A stretch of DNA of 64,000 nucleotides from Podarcis erhardii (Eukaryota): assembly GCA_964252035.1 (NCBI GenBank), contig OZ176212.1; one strand, 5' to 3'. Position numbers and translations under genes: made by a program. Positions 49,608 through 61,417 of this stretch are shown here, in pieces (the first letter of the stretch is position 1; each line of letters opens with the position of its first letter). The notes beneath the pieces are model-generated. The model had not been told where the DNA came from and searched no databases. It worked only from the letters and a program-made list of their open reading frames with translations.

Positions 49608-50174
49608 TATTGGACTCCATGTGGCCAGTGGACAAGGATGATGGGAGCTGTTATCCAATAACATCCCTACCCATTCTAGATCCTAAAGCTTATTTTGGTA
49701 CTGCCCCAAGATCCCAGGTGAAATAACAGGAAGAAATCAACTCCCCGCCCCATTCATCTACTCAGGTCTAAGTAACATGAGCCATGTTGACACATTTATC
49801 CATGGTTATTAATAAATTGTAAGAGTTTCCTTATCCACTGATCTGGCACTGAGTTAAACACCAAATGAGTCCAGGGCAAGTTGGGTTGCTAATGCTGTTG
49901 GAAGGATGAAGATGAGGATGAGAAGTGGGCCTTGTTCTGGAATTTCCAAACGCACCTGCTAGTTTAGCTTTCATCACTAACTCCCCTTGCCTATGACTAC
50001 TGTAACAGAAGCACCCTTGCTCCTTCCCACGGAATCCACAGGGAAGTCCCAGAGCCATGCAAATAGATGTTATAAGGGAGTAAATTTTACTAAAGTGACA
50101 CAGCAGCAGCAACTAATAAGTATAGAGTGTGTTATAAAGTGTGTAATAATCATAAAGCACTACTTGTGACATGA

Positions 50175-50645
50175 GATCTGGCCATGGTGATGCATGCCTT
50201 GGTTATATACCAGTTGGACTTACAGGCACGTCCAACTCTATAGAGACTGCGATCTACTCCCAGTACAGTATAATAAAACTGGCAATGATCTACCCATTGT
50301 CATTGCCCATATTGTCAAGAGAGACCAGAGTTGTTGAACTTTTTGGGGGGAGGGTTGCATCAAATCGCTCAAGCAACAGTCTACAACTTTCCCTTCTTTC
50401 CCCCCACTGGGGGAAGCGCAACAATGGGACCTAGCGCCGGGGGAGGGGGCGTCATGATCGCTCAGGAGCAACTAGGCAATCTCTTCTTTAACTCCTGCGA
50501 TCGACTGGGAGAACCCTGTCGATCTACCTGCCGTTTGTGGTCGACCGGTTGGACATTGCTGGACTACTGTAATACACTCTACATGGGGCTGCCTTTGAAA
50601 AATGTTCAGAACCTTCAGCTGCCCCAGAATGCTGTGATTCAGTGT
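50175..50645 (+). mobile_element. L2 LINE ORF2 fragment split by a hAT-like insertion
   Basis: DLAMVMHALVIYQLD (50175-50219) continues as DYCNTLYMGLPLKNVQNLQLPQNA (from 50562), matching the L2 motif VHALVTSRLDYCNALYMGLP. Confidence 0.75.
50223..50561. mobile_element. hAT-like non-autonomous element
   Basis: TIR-like CAGGCACGTCCAAC / GTTGGACATTGCTG; subterminal GATCTAC and GTCGA motifs; TSD degenerate. Confidence 0.65.
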
Positions 50646-51977
50646 AAGGCAGTTCATGTTCCTATATATGCACTACTACTTTCATGCAGCTCATTTCAAC
50701 TGGGCTAGCGGCAAATGAACTTTCACATGAAACCATCTGTTAGGATGTGCACACATTATGTTTTGATCAGTCAGTTTTTACCTATAAGTTTCGCTATGGA
50801 TTATAACATGCTAAAGACCCAGAGCTAAAATGAATGCAGTATCAAAAGTTGTTTTTCCAGATCTTGTACGTACATTCCATGAGAAATGTCAAACCTTTCA
50901 TGTTAGAAACTTATAGTTAGATGATGTATCTGACAATCATGGCACATAGCATGGGGCAGAGTAACATAAGCAAGGGAAGAGGTTAGAAAACATAGCAATA
51001 CATTTATTAAATATATTAGCATACTCAGGCAAACATAAAGCATGTGGAACATCAGCAGCCTGCACTTATTTATGTTTACTCAGAAGGAAATTTCACCTCT
51101 CTTAATCGGTCTTACCCCCCACCCCCATGTAAGTGTGCACAGGATCACAGCCTACATCTTTCCCACAAATCTTTATTAAGGGAATTTTCCCTTTTTTTAA
51201 GCAAACTACTGCGCTCCATTAGACCTAACACCGTCATGACGTACGAGCCATAACTGGCCAATCGGCGCTTGAGGAAGAGCAAGGCGGGCGTCGGCCGGTT
51301 GAAAACGAGGGGAGGGGAGAGCTTGCTCTTCTTCCTGCGTCTTGGCTGTTGCGTGAGCACGTTGGTTACGCACGAACGTTACGTGCCTGAAGGCGGGCTG
51401 GGGCCTGGGAGAGGCCTGACCAGTCCAAGTCAGTCAGTCAGTCGAGTCAAGTCAGTGAATAAGGGAGCGAAACAGCTTCCCCTCAGGGAGGCTGCGTGTG
51501 AGAGGAGCGTGAGGGCTTTTTTTTTTTTTTTTTTTACGCACGCCCCCACCCACGCACGCCCTCGAGCTCTTTTGTTTTCCTCCTCCGGGTGAATTACTTC
51601 GCTTCACCTCGCCGCGCGCGCGCTTTTTTTCGGGGTTTTTTTTTTTTTTTTTTTTTGAAACTCCCCTCTTCCTGTCCGTCCCCCGCCTCCTCCCCCTCGT
51701 CCTCTTCCGCCGCCACAAGGAGTTGTGTGTGGGGAGGGGGGGAGGGGAAGTAGTAGAGGAGAGGAGAGTCGTTTCCGCCGGGGGTGGGGCCACCCCGCCG
51801 CAGCTGAGGGAGAGAAGTAAAGAGCGCGAAGGGAGAGAGCGGCCGGCCGAGTGAGCGGGGACAGCGGCAGCAACAGCAGGCGGCGGCGATCACCGACTCC
51901 GGTGCTCCCTTTCCCTCTCCCTCCCCCCCTCCGCCTCTCCTCCCCACCAGGCTCTCTCGCCTCACGCCGCTGCCAAC

Positions 51978-52017
51978 ATGGAGCTCATTACGATCTTGGA
52001 GAAGACGGTCTCGCCAG
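51978..52017 (+). CDS. KPNB1: KPNB1 (importin beta-1) coding exon 1
   Basis: gccaacATGGAGCTC...TCGCCAG|gtaaaa; 40 nt; MELITILEKTVSP(D). Confidence 0.97.
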
Positions 52018-53610
52018 GTAAAAACGGGGAGAAGGAGGGCTGGGCGGAGGCTGGGGAGGCGGCATCCCGACAGGCCCCTCTCTCCATGGGGAGGGGCGGG
52101 AGGCCAGGGGAGGAAAAACCAACTGCCTCCCCCCCCCCATATAGAATAATATGTGGGGGGTGGGTGCTATTTAAAGGTGGGTGGTCGAGGGGGAGAAAGG
52201 GGTGTCAAAGGAATGAATGGTCTCGGAAGGGAAAGGGAAGGCCACGGGGGGAGCCGAGGATGCCGGGCGGTTGGAAAAGGGGCTCCTGCCTTCTAGTGTG
52301 GGCAGCGAAGAGGTACGGTTTTTTTGGGGGGGTCAATGTTGGGGGAAGGACGAGGAAAGAGAATGGGGTGGGTGGGGGGAGGTCAGTTAGTTGGATGGGT
52401 ATTTCCGCCAGCCCCACTGAAGCGGTGGGCCGAGAGTCGGTGGGTGCCCAGGCAGAAAGCTTCATCTCCGCCCCTATGTTGGTTAGGGGGGTCCCGTTGG
52501 GTGGCCTGAGTGGGTGAGGGGAGGGCGGGGACACACGAGCGAACGGCCTCTGCGTCAAGGGGGCAGCGATGTGGGGCGGGGGGTCCTGTGCGAGGCGAGC
52601 ATGGAGGCGCCTCTCGTGGCACGAGGGAGGGAGGGAGAAGGGAAGGGTGGGGTGGAAGCTGCCTCTGCGAAAGGCGCCTCGGCATATGGCTGTGGGGCAA
52701 GCCGCCTTTTCTGCTCCTCGTGTGCGAAGGGCGACGGGTCTCTCTCTCTCCCCCCCCCCCCGGATATGCTCGCTTAGAGGGGGAGAGAGGGAATAAGTCT
52801 TGTGTGAATTGCGGGGTGGGTCGTGAGAGCGGGTCCCAGGCGGGGTCAGTAGAGGTCTGGGTGTAAGATCAGGATCTCTCGCAGCCTTTGACACTCGGAC
52901 TGAGATGTAGCGCCGGGGGAACTTGCACACTTACATAAGAAAGCGGTCCATGTGCAGGCCGGCATTGGCCGAGGGTGGTCTTGTCTCTAGCCTGGGGTGC
53001 AGGCCCAAAGCGGAGAGGTGGGGTGGCAGCAAGAAGCGCCCCCGTGCTCAGAGCTGGCAGACTGGGGAAGTAGTGCGGCCCAGCACATGTCGGGGGAAGT
53101 TGAATGCATCTCTCCTCTCCCCCACTCCCAAAATACGCTTCGATTTGGAGGGATGCGATCTCGGGTCTCCAGAAGTGGGACTCTCGGGTGATGCACACCG
53201 GACCCACTCGCTGTGTCGGGGAGGCGATCTCCCCGCTATCCCGCCTTTGGGGAGAGAATGTATCATTTCTTTCTCTCTCTCTCTCCGCCCCCCCCCGGCC
53301 CGCCGTGAATGGAACCGAGAAAGTGAATTTCCCAGTCATCTTGAGGTGCTTCTTGCTGATAGAAACGAAGTTTGACTAGGAGGAGAAAGAGCTCCCGAGG
53401 CCCTCAATATCGGGAGGGGTCTGTTGCTGGACGCCTGGTAGGAATGTGAGCATGTGGGCGCTTCTAGATTGGTGTGGGGTGTCAGCGCCTTGATTCAAGC
53501 AGTAGAAAGAGGGGCGAGCAGATGGGGGAGTTACTGCTGAGCCGGAATTGGGGGCCGCCACTGACACCCCCTCGTGTATGTCTCCCTCCCGTCCTCCTAA
53601 TCCCCTGCAG

Positions 53611-53669
53611 ATTGCACCGAGCTTGAGGCAGCTCAGAAGTTCCTGGAACAGGCGGCCATCGAGAACCTG
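53611..53669 (+). CDS. KPNB1: KPNB1 coding exon 2
   Basis: tgcag|ATTGCA...AACCTG|gtaaga; 59 nt; (D)CTELEAAQKFLEQAAIENL. Confidence 0.95.
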
Positions 53670-56600
53670 GTAAGAGAAAAACCGGGCTTGGGCTGCCCTT
53701 GGGTGGGGTTTGGAAAAGCGATATCCCTTTCCTGTGTGTGTTTTATTATTATGATTATTATTATTTTTTTAAAAAAAGCTATAGCAGGCCGAACCGCCAT
53801 AGAGGGGCGCAGCCTAACTGAAGGGTTTTTTTTCTCTCTTTTTTTTCCTTTTTCTCTCTCGCTCTCTCTTTTTGGGGGAGGGAGGGGGAAATGCAGGAGG
53901 CAGCCAATGGCAAGACTCCCGGGAGTCGCGCCACCCAATCGTGAGGGCGCGCCGGGCCCGCGGGAGGGAAAAGGAAGGGGAGGGCGATTTGGCTCTGCCG
54001 CGCTGCATGCATGGAGGGAAAGGCGGGGGGAGGAGGATGGATAGATGAGGCCTGCGGGGGCCGGCCATGTGGGGAAGCCGGCATGAGTAGCTAGCTAGAT
54101 GCCGCCGGAGGAGGAGGAGGAGGCCGCCGCTGCATGAAACGGGCCAGTCCGCCTAAGTGCTCGTAGGCGGGCCTACCTTAGGTTTCGTTTTTCCCTACTG
54201 GCTCCCCTCCCTAATTTTAGGGCTTGCCATGCTGGGCCTCCGAACCTCCCTGCATTTTCCTTTCCTTTTCCATTCGTTTACAACTCCACCCCATAGCCCT
54301 ATTCTTAAAACGTCTCCCTTGAATTTGCATGCCCTCAGCACATTTTTTCAGTTTCTAAAACTTTGTGAAATAGTAATTCATTTCTGTATGCTTAAGAAGG
54401 CAAGTAGGGATACATTGTAAAAGGGGGCACAGCCAAGTGGGTGTCCTGAGTATGTCACCCACTAAACTAATGTAGAATGCAGCTTAGGTTATGTACTTGA
54501 ACTGACAGCACATAAAGCAGTGAAGAAAAATTCAGTTCACTGTATATTCTAGAAAGTAGGAGAGGAGAAATGGGTAACTGAAGCCTTTTATTGGATCAGT
54601 TTAAGATGAGTGTATTGAGTTTAGCGCTTGATCTCCACGCTGAATGGAAAGGTGATTGACATTGCCTAGATTATTTGTTTTAATAAAGGCAAATGAGCCT
54701 GTGTTTCAGATGATGGACTACTTAGACATGCATGCATATTTAGGAAAAGATTGTTCAACATACATTGAAATCAGTAGTAGCATGTCCCAATTCGTTATTA
54801 GACAGGTATTACTGAGGTAGTGTTGCACGTTACATTCATTATCTGAGAGAACCTTTAAATGGCTCTTCATAACTAACACGTCTTGGGCCCCTGCCTTTAA
54901 AATCTGTGGGAATACTCTTGAGGCTTTGGGTTGACTCCAGCAATCTTGGAGGCTTTCAGAGAAGTATTGTTTCTGAATTGCATATTATGTGTTGCATTGG
55001 CATTGTTGGGTGAGTGAATAACTTACTAGGCTTCAGGTGACAAGCTGTATTCTAATTTCCATATAGGTGCTTACCTGAATCCTCCACCCCATCCACCCTG
55101 TTTCTATTTAATTTGCAGGGTCGTGTTCTGTAGGTTGCTTTGCACTGAAATATTTGATGTTAACACATACTTGCTATTTTTAGAGGTCATGCTGTACCTT
55201 TTCTACACTGTAACAGTGAAATCGAAATAAAAGGAGTAAAGACAAAGGGCACATTCGTATGTGTGTTACCTGAGCAGTGTCTTCCCACCACCCAGTAGCG
55301 TTTCTGTGAATAGCCTGACTGTTGCTTCTCTTGAAAGTTAAGCAACAGAGGGACTTTGAGATGTTCTTGTATGGTTTCATACACCACCTGTGGATAGACA
55401 GACAATGTTCTTGGGGTTAAAGCTCATGAGTTATAAAGAAGCAAGAATGTCCATGTGTAAGGTAATCTGCACCAAAATGTTCCTTTAGTGCTATGCTGAT
55501 TTACTTCTTCTGCTGTGTAACAAATGCCCTTGGCCCTGAAGATCTTGCATGTTTTACATTAATGTTAAAGGTAACATTAACTATGTAAGACCCATTGCCT
55601 AGCTATCTCCCTGCCTTGCCACAATGTTTTGGTTAAGGTGCAGCCCCCTTCCAGTCAAAGCATCATATTTTAAAAATTTATCAGAGTTGCATTCCACCCT
55701 CATTCAAAAGTGTATACAAGGTATCCCATTCTATTCTCACAGTATATTTGAGATACCTGGGGTTGAGGGACAATGGTTGGCCCAAGACCAACTGGTGAGC
55801 TTTATGACTCTGTGTGGATTTGAAACTGGGTTTCTCAATTCAGTGTCTAGTGTACTATTTGCTGCACCATACTTGTTCATACTGTGAGTCCTGCAAAGAG
55901 CTGAAAAATATTTGCAGGTCATATGTGCAAAGTGCACAGATTTTAAGTGACCCAGGTCTAGGTGATTAGGAGCCAGCTTTGCCACAAATAGAAATAAGTT
56001 AATAATTGAGTGCTATCACAACTTTTAGACATCAGTGACATTCCCCTAGTGTCTGTGAATTGAGCATAGACTTAAAACCTTGTGTGTTAGAGATGGGAAG
56101 GACATCTTATGAGATAAAACACAGGATTTCCAATCAAATAGTGCTTTCAGAACTTGTTTTGTCAAGGCAGTTTGTAGCTCTGGCCTTACTTGCACTCCCT
56201 GAGGTGAAGTCCTGTGTTGCAGTACTTTAGGATTGTTTTAAGTTTTCTTCCTGGACTGCCATTTACCAGTATAACATTCGCTGCCCCTTGAATTCAGAGT
56301 TCCACACTCTGCATAAAATGTAGTGTGATTTTATTTTTTTAGGACAGAATGATAACTGGGTGGAGGAGGATCAGGAGATTGCTGCACAGCAGAGAGCAGG
56401 ACTGAGTCAGGTTCTACAATACACGGTTAAATGCATCCTAACCTTAATTTACCCCTCTATAGATCAGCTTCATTGCAAAATTGCAACCATCCCTCTTCAC
56501 CTAAGCTCTCTAAAGTTATCCTTTTCAGCCATATAAACACTTACCCAAGTTGCTTTCTATCTACTCACTTGTCAACTGCTCAGAGTTTTCTCTCATATTG

Positions 56601-58346
56601 TGTATGAGAGAGGTGAATCGCCATAAGCATTCCATAACCCTGCATAGTCCAAATGGGAGGTGCATGTGTGACGTGTGGACCGCATGTCTAGTCTTGCTTC
56701 CTGTACCACCCGTGTTCAGGCTAAGGAAGTTCATACCGGGTGGATTGAAGGGCAGGGTATAAGGCAGAGTTTGGCAATATTTTGTGGCCTGTGGGCATAT
56801 TTGGAAACAGGAGAAATTATCATAGGCAACAAACACATGCCACAGCCGTAAACACACAACATCATCTATTGGCTACAACAGAATGCTGCTTTTGTGCCTA
56901 ATTTCACGGGGGGGGGGGGTGTTTACCCTTTGGGTGCCAGTCCATGTGTGTGCACATGTGCAACTGCAGGAACCACATTAGTGACCCTTGATACGTGAGA
57001 TCGTGTAAGAGCAACTTGAGCTGGTGTAGGATGAGGGAAATTGGTTGAAAGATGGAGAACGGATTGGGATTCTACAGGAAAGCTGAGAAAAATTCCAATG
57101 TTGCTGTTTAGGGACCAGTCGTGGATAGAGTATGGGGGTGGAGAGGCTGAGATATGAATAATACCCATGGGGATTTGGATTTGTTTTTCCTTTAAACAGA
57201 TACCCTCCAAGCTGCATAACAAGTCACTTTTTGAAAGTGAGGAAACTTCCAAAAGCAGTTAGTAATATGTCATGGGTTTGTATGTAATTTCCATACAAAG
57301 AAAGTAAAAAAATTGTAATAGGCAGCCCCAGTCCCTCAAGCACTCTGAAATACTGACAAGTCTGTGATTCCTAGACACCAGTACCAAGCTTTCAGGTGTC
57401 ACTATACTAATATTCCTGGATCTTTGTGACCTGGCTATGCTCCTCCATCAAAGTGGCCTGACGATGTGCCTTAAGTAAGCATTGCAGTTTGTGCCATTGG
57501 ATGTTCAACCACCCACCCTATGCTGTCCCACCGTCTGCACATCCAAACTGGGTAAATAAAACTTGATGAATATCCAAACTCTACAACCTACCCTTTACCA
57601 TTTGCTGTTTTTCTTTTCATGATTTCTCTTCAGCCATCCATTACTAGTCTGTCAGTGCACTCCAGTGTCACTGAAAATAAAGGGGGATTAAAATCTGTCA
57701 AGTGCTTTTGAGCAAATTGCAGTTTAACACCCATCCTGGTTTGTTGCTAGAATTTTATAGAGCCATCCTAGTTGAATATTGGCTAAATATTTCCCAGTTC
57801 GTTCATCATATTAACACATGAAGACCTTTGGGTGACAGTTTCCTTATTAGGAGATCATGTTCGAACATGCAGAACAACTCCTGTGTCCTTCGCCAAATTG
57901 ACTGCTTTAAAAACCACTGCTAGCTACTTCTAGGATTTAGTTTGAAGTCACATTTCTTTTACAGCAGGGCAGTCAGCACTGAGGTGTCTGGAAAAGCCCA
58001 TGAGTCAAAAAGGACACAATTGATAGTAACTTTGTGTACTTGCATAGGGTGGAAATGCTACTGATACTCAGTGTAGCTGCACTGCAGATAGTTAGCATGA
58101 CTAATATTAGTTTCAGTAGGTCTATCTTGAATAGGACTTAGTTGGATACCACACATTCATTTGCCTACCGTAAAGATCATGTGCAAAACAACAGTTGATG
58201 GATATGATGTACTTCACCTTCTTCTTCTGTTAGTATTATTATTAATGCCTTAATTATACTGACTTGAGGGTATAAATTTTGACTCTGTATCATGAGTATT
58301 AAGAAGAAATTGTGGATTTGCTTAGTTGCTATCTACTATGCAGACC

Positions 58347-58671
58347 CAGGAGTGGGGAACTTCCTGCCTAGGTCTGTCAGGCCTCCCCATTTGGTCTGCA
58401 AGGCTGTTATGGCCAAGCCACACCCATTTGCTCTGAATTGGTGTGGGGCAGGTAAAGATGTAGCTGGACTGGAAGGTGGAGTGCAGGCACTGACCATCTG
58501 CTGATTGGTGACACTTGCAATACCTGTGCACACAGCTTTGCAGGCTCATCGGAACTTGGAAAGCACAGTGCTTTTGCCTGCATGGTTTAAATTCACATTG
58601 CACGGGCAAAAAGAGGTCACCTGACTGCATTGTGACTTCAGGTGATGGATAGCTCCAGTTCCCCATCCCTG
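58347..58671. mobile_element. hAT-like MITE
   Basis: TIR CAGGAGTGGGGAAC / GTTCCCCATCCCTG; TSD only partially recognisable (ATGCAGAC / ATGTAAAC). Confidence 0.6.
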
Positions 58672-59437
58672 ATGTAAACGGCTTATGCCCACCTTTTCCT
58701 GCAACCCTGTTACAATCCTGTTGTACAGCCTTGTAGGAAATTCTGCATATTTGGGTTGAGTTTTAGTAGTCTAGTCCTAAAAGAATCTGCTTAGCAACTC
58801 AAGGAGAGAACTGGAATTGGGATGGTTCTGCCATGTAGCAGAATGTAGCAACTTGTTTCAGGTAGTATCCAGAAGTGGGATAGACAGCAGTGTCTGAATG
58901 CTGCAACAAGCCACCTTAAAATGTTGGCCCTACTAGGGTGGAGTGAAATGAGGATTGTTCCATTTTGGCTCAAGCAGAATATCTTGAGCTGCAATGGTCA
59001 TACATACTATCTCAGCAATGGTGAAATCAGAAAATAAATTTCCATGCAATAGAGTATGACACTTGAGAGATGTATTCAAATACTGTATGAGCTTGAGCAT
59101 GGAATCATTGGCTGACTTTCAGCAGGTTGCTGTGTGTCAGTTCTTAATCTAGGAGTAGGAGTAACCAGAGGTTGCTTGCACTATTTGTTTCACAGTTATA
59201 TAAATCACTACTAAGAAGGACTAAACATGTATGATATTACATATTGAGGTGTGTATGTACTTTCAGCTTGGAAAAGGTAAGATTCTTCCATTCTGGTTTT
59301 TGACCCTTAAATTCAACTGTAAATGCTGTCACATTCATGCAAAGGTTAGAGTTTAGGCGTAACTACTTCTTCACTCAAGGAAAGATGCAAGCTAGCTTCA
59401 GTTACTGAATTGTATTTACCTCTCTTTTTTTGGCCAG

Positions 59438-59620
59438 CCCACTTTCCTTGTGGAACTGTCCAGAGTGCTGGCAAACCCAGGGAACAGCCAGGTTGCCAGA
59501 GTTGCAGCTGGTTTGCAGATCAAGAACTCTCTGACATCTAAAGACCCTGATGTTAAGGCCCAGCACCAGCAGAGATGGCTTGCAATCGATGCCAATGCTC
59601 GTCGAGAAGTCAAGAATTAT
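59438..59620 (+). CDS. KPNB1: KPNB1 coding exon 3
   Basis: gccag|CCCACT...AATTAT|gtacgt; 183 nt; [61 protein letters not shown] (IBN_N domain). Confidence 0.98.
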
Positions 59621-59901
59621 GTACGTAAAAAATACAGCATTTTTGCTTTTCTTCCCAGTTGTGTTTGTTCAGCCACCCTGTTATTCTATAGTGAATGCAG
59701 ATCATGCATCTACATCTGTGTTTTGAGACCTTGCTTCTACTTTTCTCTTGTTTATTTCAAAGTCAAAGAGTCTGTTCGGTCTCTGGCGTGTGAGATTGTT
59801 TTCTCAGCTTAAAGAGATTTCTTACGGTGACCTCTGGGATCCTATAATAAAATTGAAAGTCCCATGCCCAGAAGATCTGTGTGATCTAGTAATATAGCTG
59901 A

Positions 59902-60192
<291 letters not shown>

Positions 60193-60526
60193 TGAGTTTG
60201 CTGTGCTAAAATCTGCTGCTTTTTCCCCCTGCACCTGCTCCTGCTCTGCTCCTCTGCTCTTTAGTGGCTTAATTTGAATCTGAACTGCCACTCGGTGGGC
60301 TCATCCCCCAAATCAGTTATGTTGTGTGTCTGCCACTTCGTCACACCAAGGTAAAAACTAATCTGTAGAACGTGGTATCTGTGTTCTACAATTTCATGAA
60401 GGAAAGCTCTTACAGAAAGTGTGTGTAGATGTGAATGTGTGCCAACAGAGGGAAGACTGCTGTGGGGGGTGGGGTTCTCATTTCTTTTTTTCTGCTTCAC
60501 TTCCATCTCCACCATGCCTACTACTA

Positions 60527-60774
60527 GAGCCAGTGTGGTGTAGTGCTTAAGAGCGGTAGTCTTGTAATCTGGGGAACCAGGTTTGCGTCTCCGCTCTTCC
60601 ACATGCAGCTGCTGGGTGACCTTGGGCCAGTCACACTTCTTTGAAGTCTCTCAGCCCCACTCACCTCACAGAGTGTTTGTTGTGGGGGGAGGAAGGGAAA
60701 GGAGAATGTTAGCCGCTTTGAGACTCCTGAAGGGGAGTGAAAGGCAGGATATCAAATCCAAACTCTTCTCTTCT
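60527..60774 (+). mobile_element. Squamate tRNA-derived SINE with L2-like tail, full length
   Basis: Head GAGCCAGTGTGGTGTAGTGCTTAAGAG (A box), GGTTTGCGTCTCC (B-box-like), core GGGTGACCTTGGGCCAGTCAC, tail AAATCCAAACTCTTCTCTTCT. Confidence 0.82.
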
Positions 60775-61122
60775 GTTGCACTGGTCCTCTTGCCACAAAT
60801 TTCTTCTTGTTCCTTTTCCTCTGCTGCGCCACTGTTCTTCAAGGAAAAAATGCTCTGTTCTGGGAGCCTAAATGTTTGAGGACTTTCGCTTGTGTTCCCT
60901 ACAAGATCAGGCATGCTGCTGACCCAGAGTAACTAGATACATTTGTTATGGAGAAAGAGGCATGCATTTATTCTGTACTTTCATGGAACATCTGTCCCTG
61001 TAGGTTAGAAGTCGTAAGTGAATTGGGTGCTTAGCTGTTCTGCGAGATACCTCCATGCTGGTTGTGATCTGGCAAAGAATCTCCTCTTGACATTTTTTGC
61101 TTATTTTGATTCCTGTTTTTAG

Positions 61123-61329
<207 letters not shown>

Positions 61330-61356
61330 TAATGGGACATGAGAAATAAATCCATG

Positions 61357-61417
61357 GTCCGTGATGAGAAACCATGCACCACTCTGAGTTTTGATGCATT
61401 CCCATTTCTGCTGAGAC
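61357..61417 (+). ncRNA. Intronic box C/D snoRNA (KPNB1 intron 5), predicted guide for 2'-O-methylation of 18S rRNA G1328 (human numbering); functional analogue of SNORD32/U32
   Basis: Box C GTGATGA 61361-61367; guide CCATGCACCACT 61372-61383, complementary to 18S GGUGGUGCAUGG; box D' CTGA 61384-61387; C'-like TGATGCA 61392-61398; box D CTGA 61411-61414; terminal stem GTC/GAC plus ATAAATCCA (61346-61354)/TGGATTTAT (61419-61427); the +5 rule lands on a known methylated G. Confidence 0.85.

Larger units (their letters stand above)
51200..54200. promoter_or_regulatory. KPNB1: CpG island / KPNB1 promoter region (approximate bounds)
   Basis: Abrupt rise in GC and CpG content spanning the upstream region, exon 1, intron 1 and exon 2; CRE-like TGACGTA at 51237-51243; CCAAT at 51258-51262; strong Kozak GCCAACATGG at the start codon. 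Confidence 0.85.

Noticed and set aside
51452-54084. Many long overlapping ORFs (up to 241 aa) on both strands around KPNB1 exon 1-2
   Set aside because: Low-complexity Pro/Arg/Gly-rich translations expected in GC-rich CpG islands with few stops; only the 40-nt and 59-nt exon segments match importin beta
60300-60420. Possible H/ACA snoRNA in KPNB1 intron 4 (8-bp hairpin TGTAGAAC/GTTCTACA, ANANNA-like AAACTA)
   Set aside because: No convincing two-hairpin fold and no correctly placed ACA box
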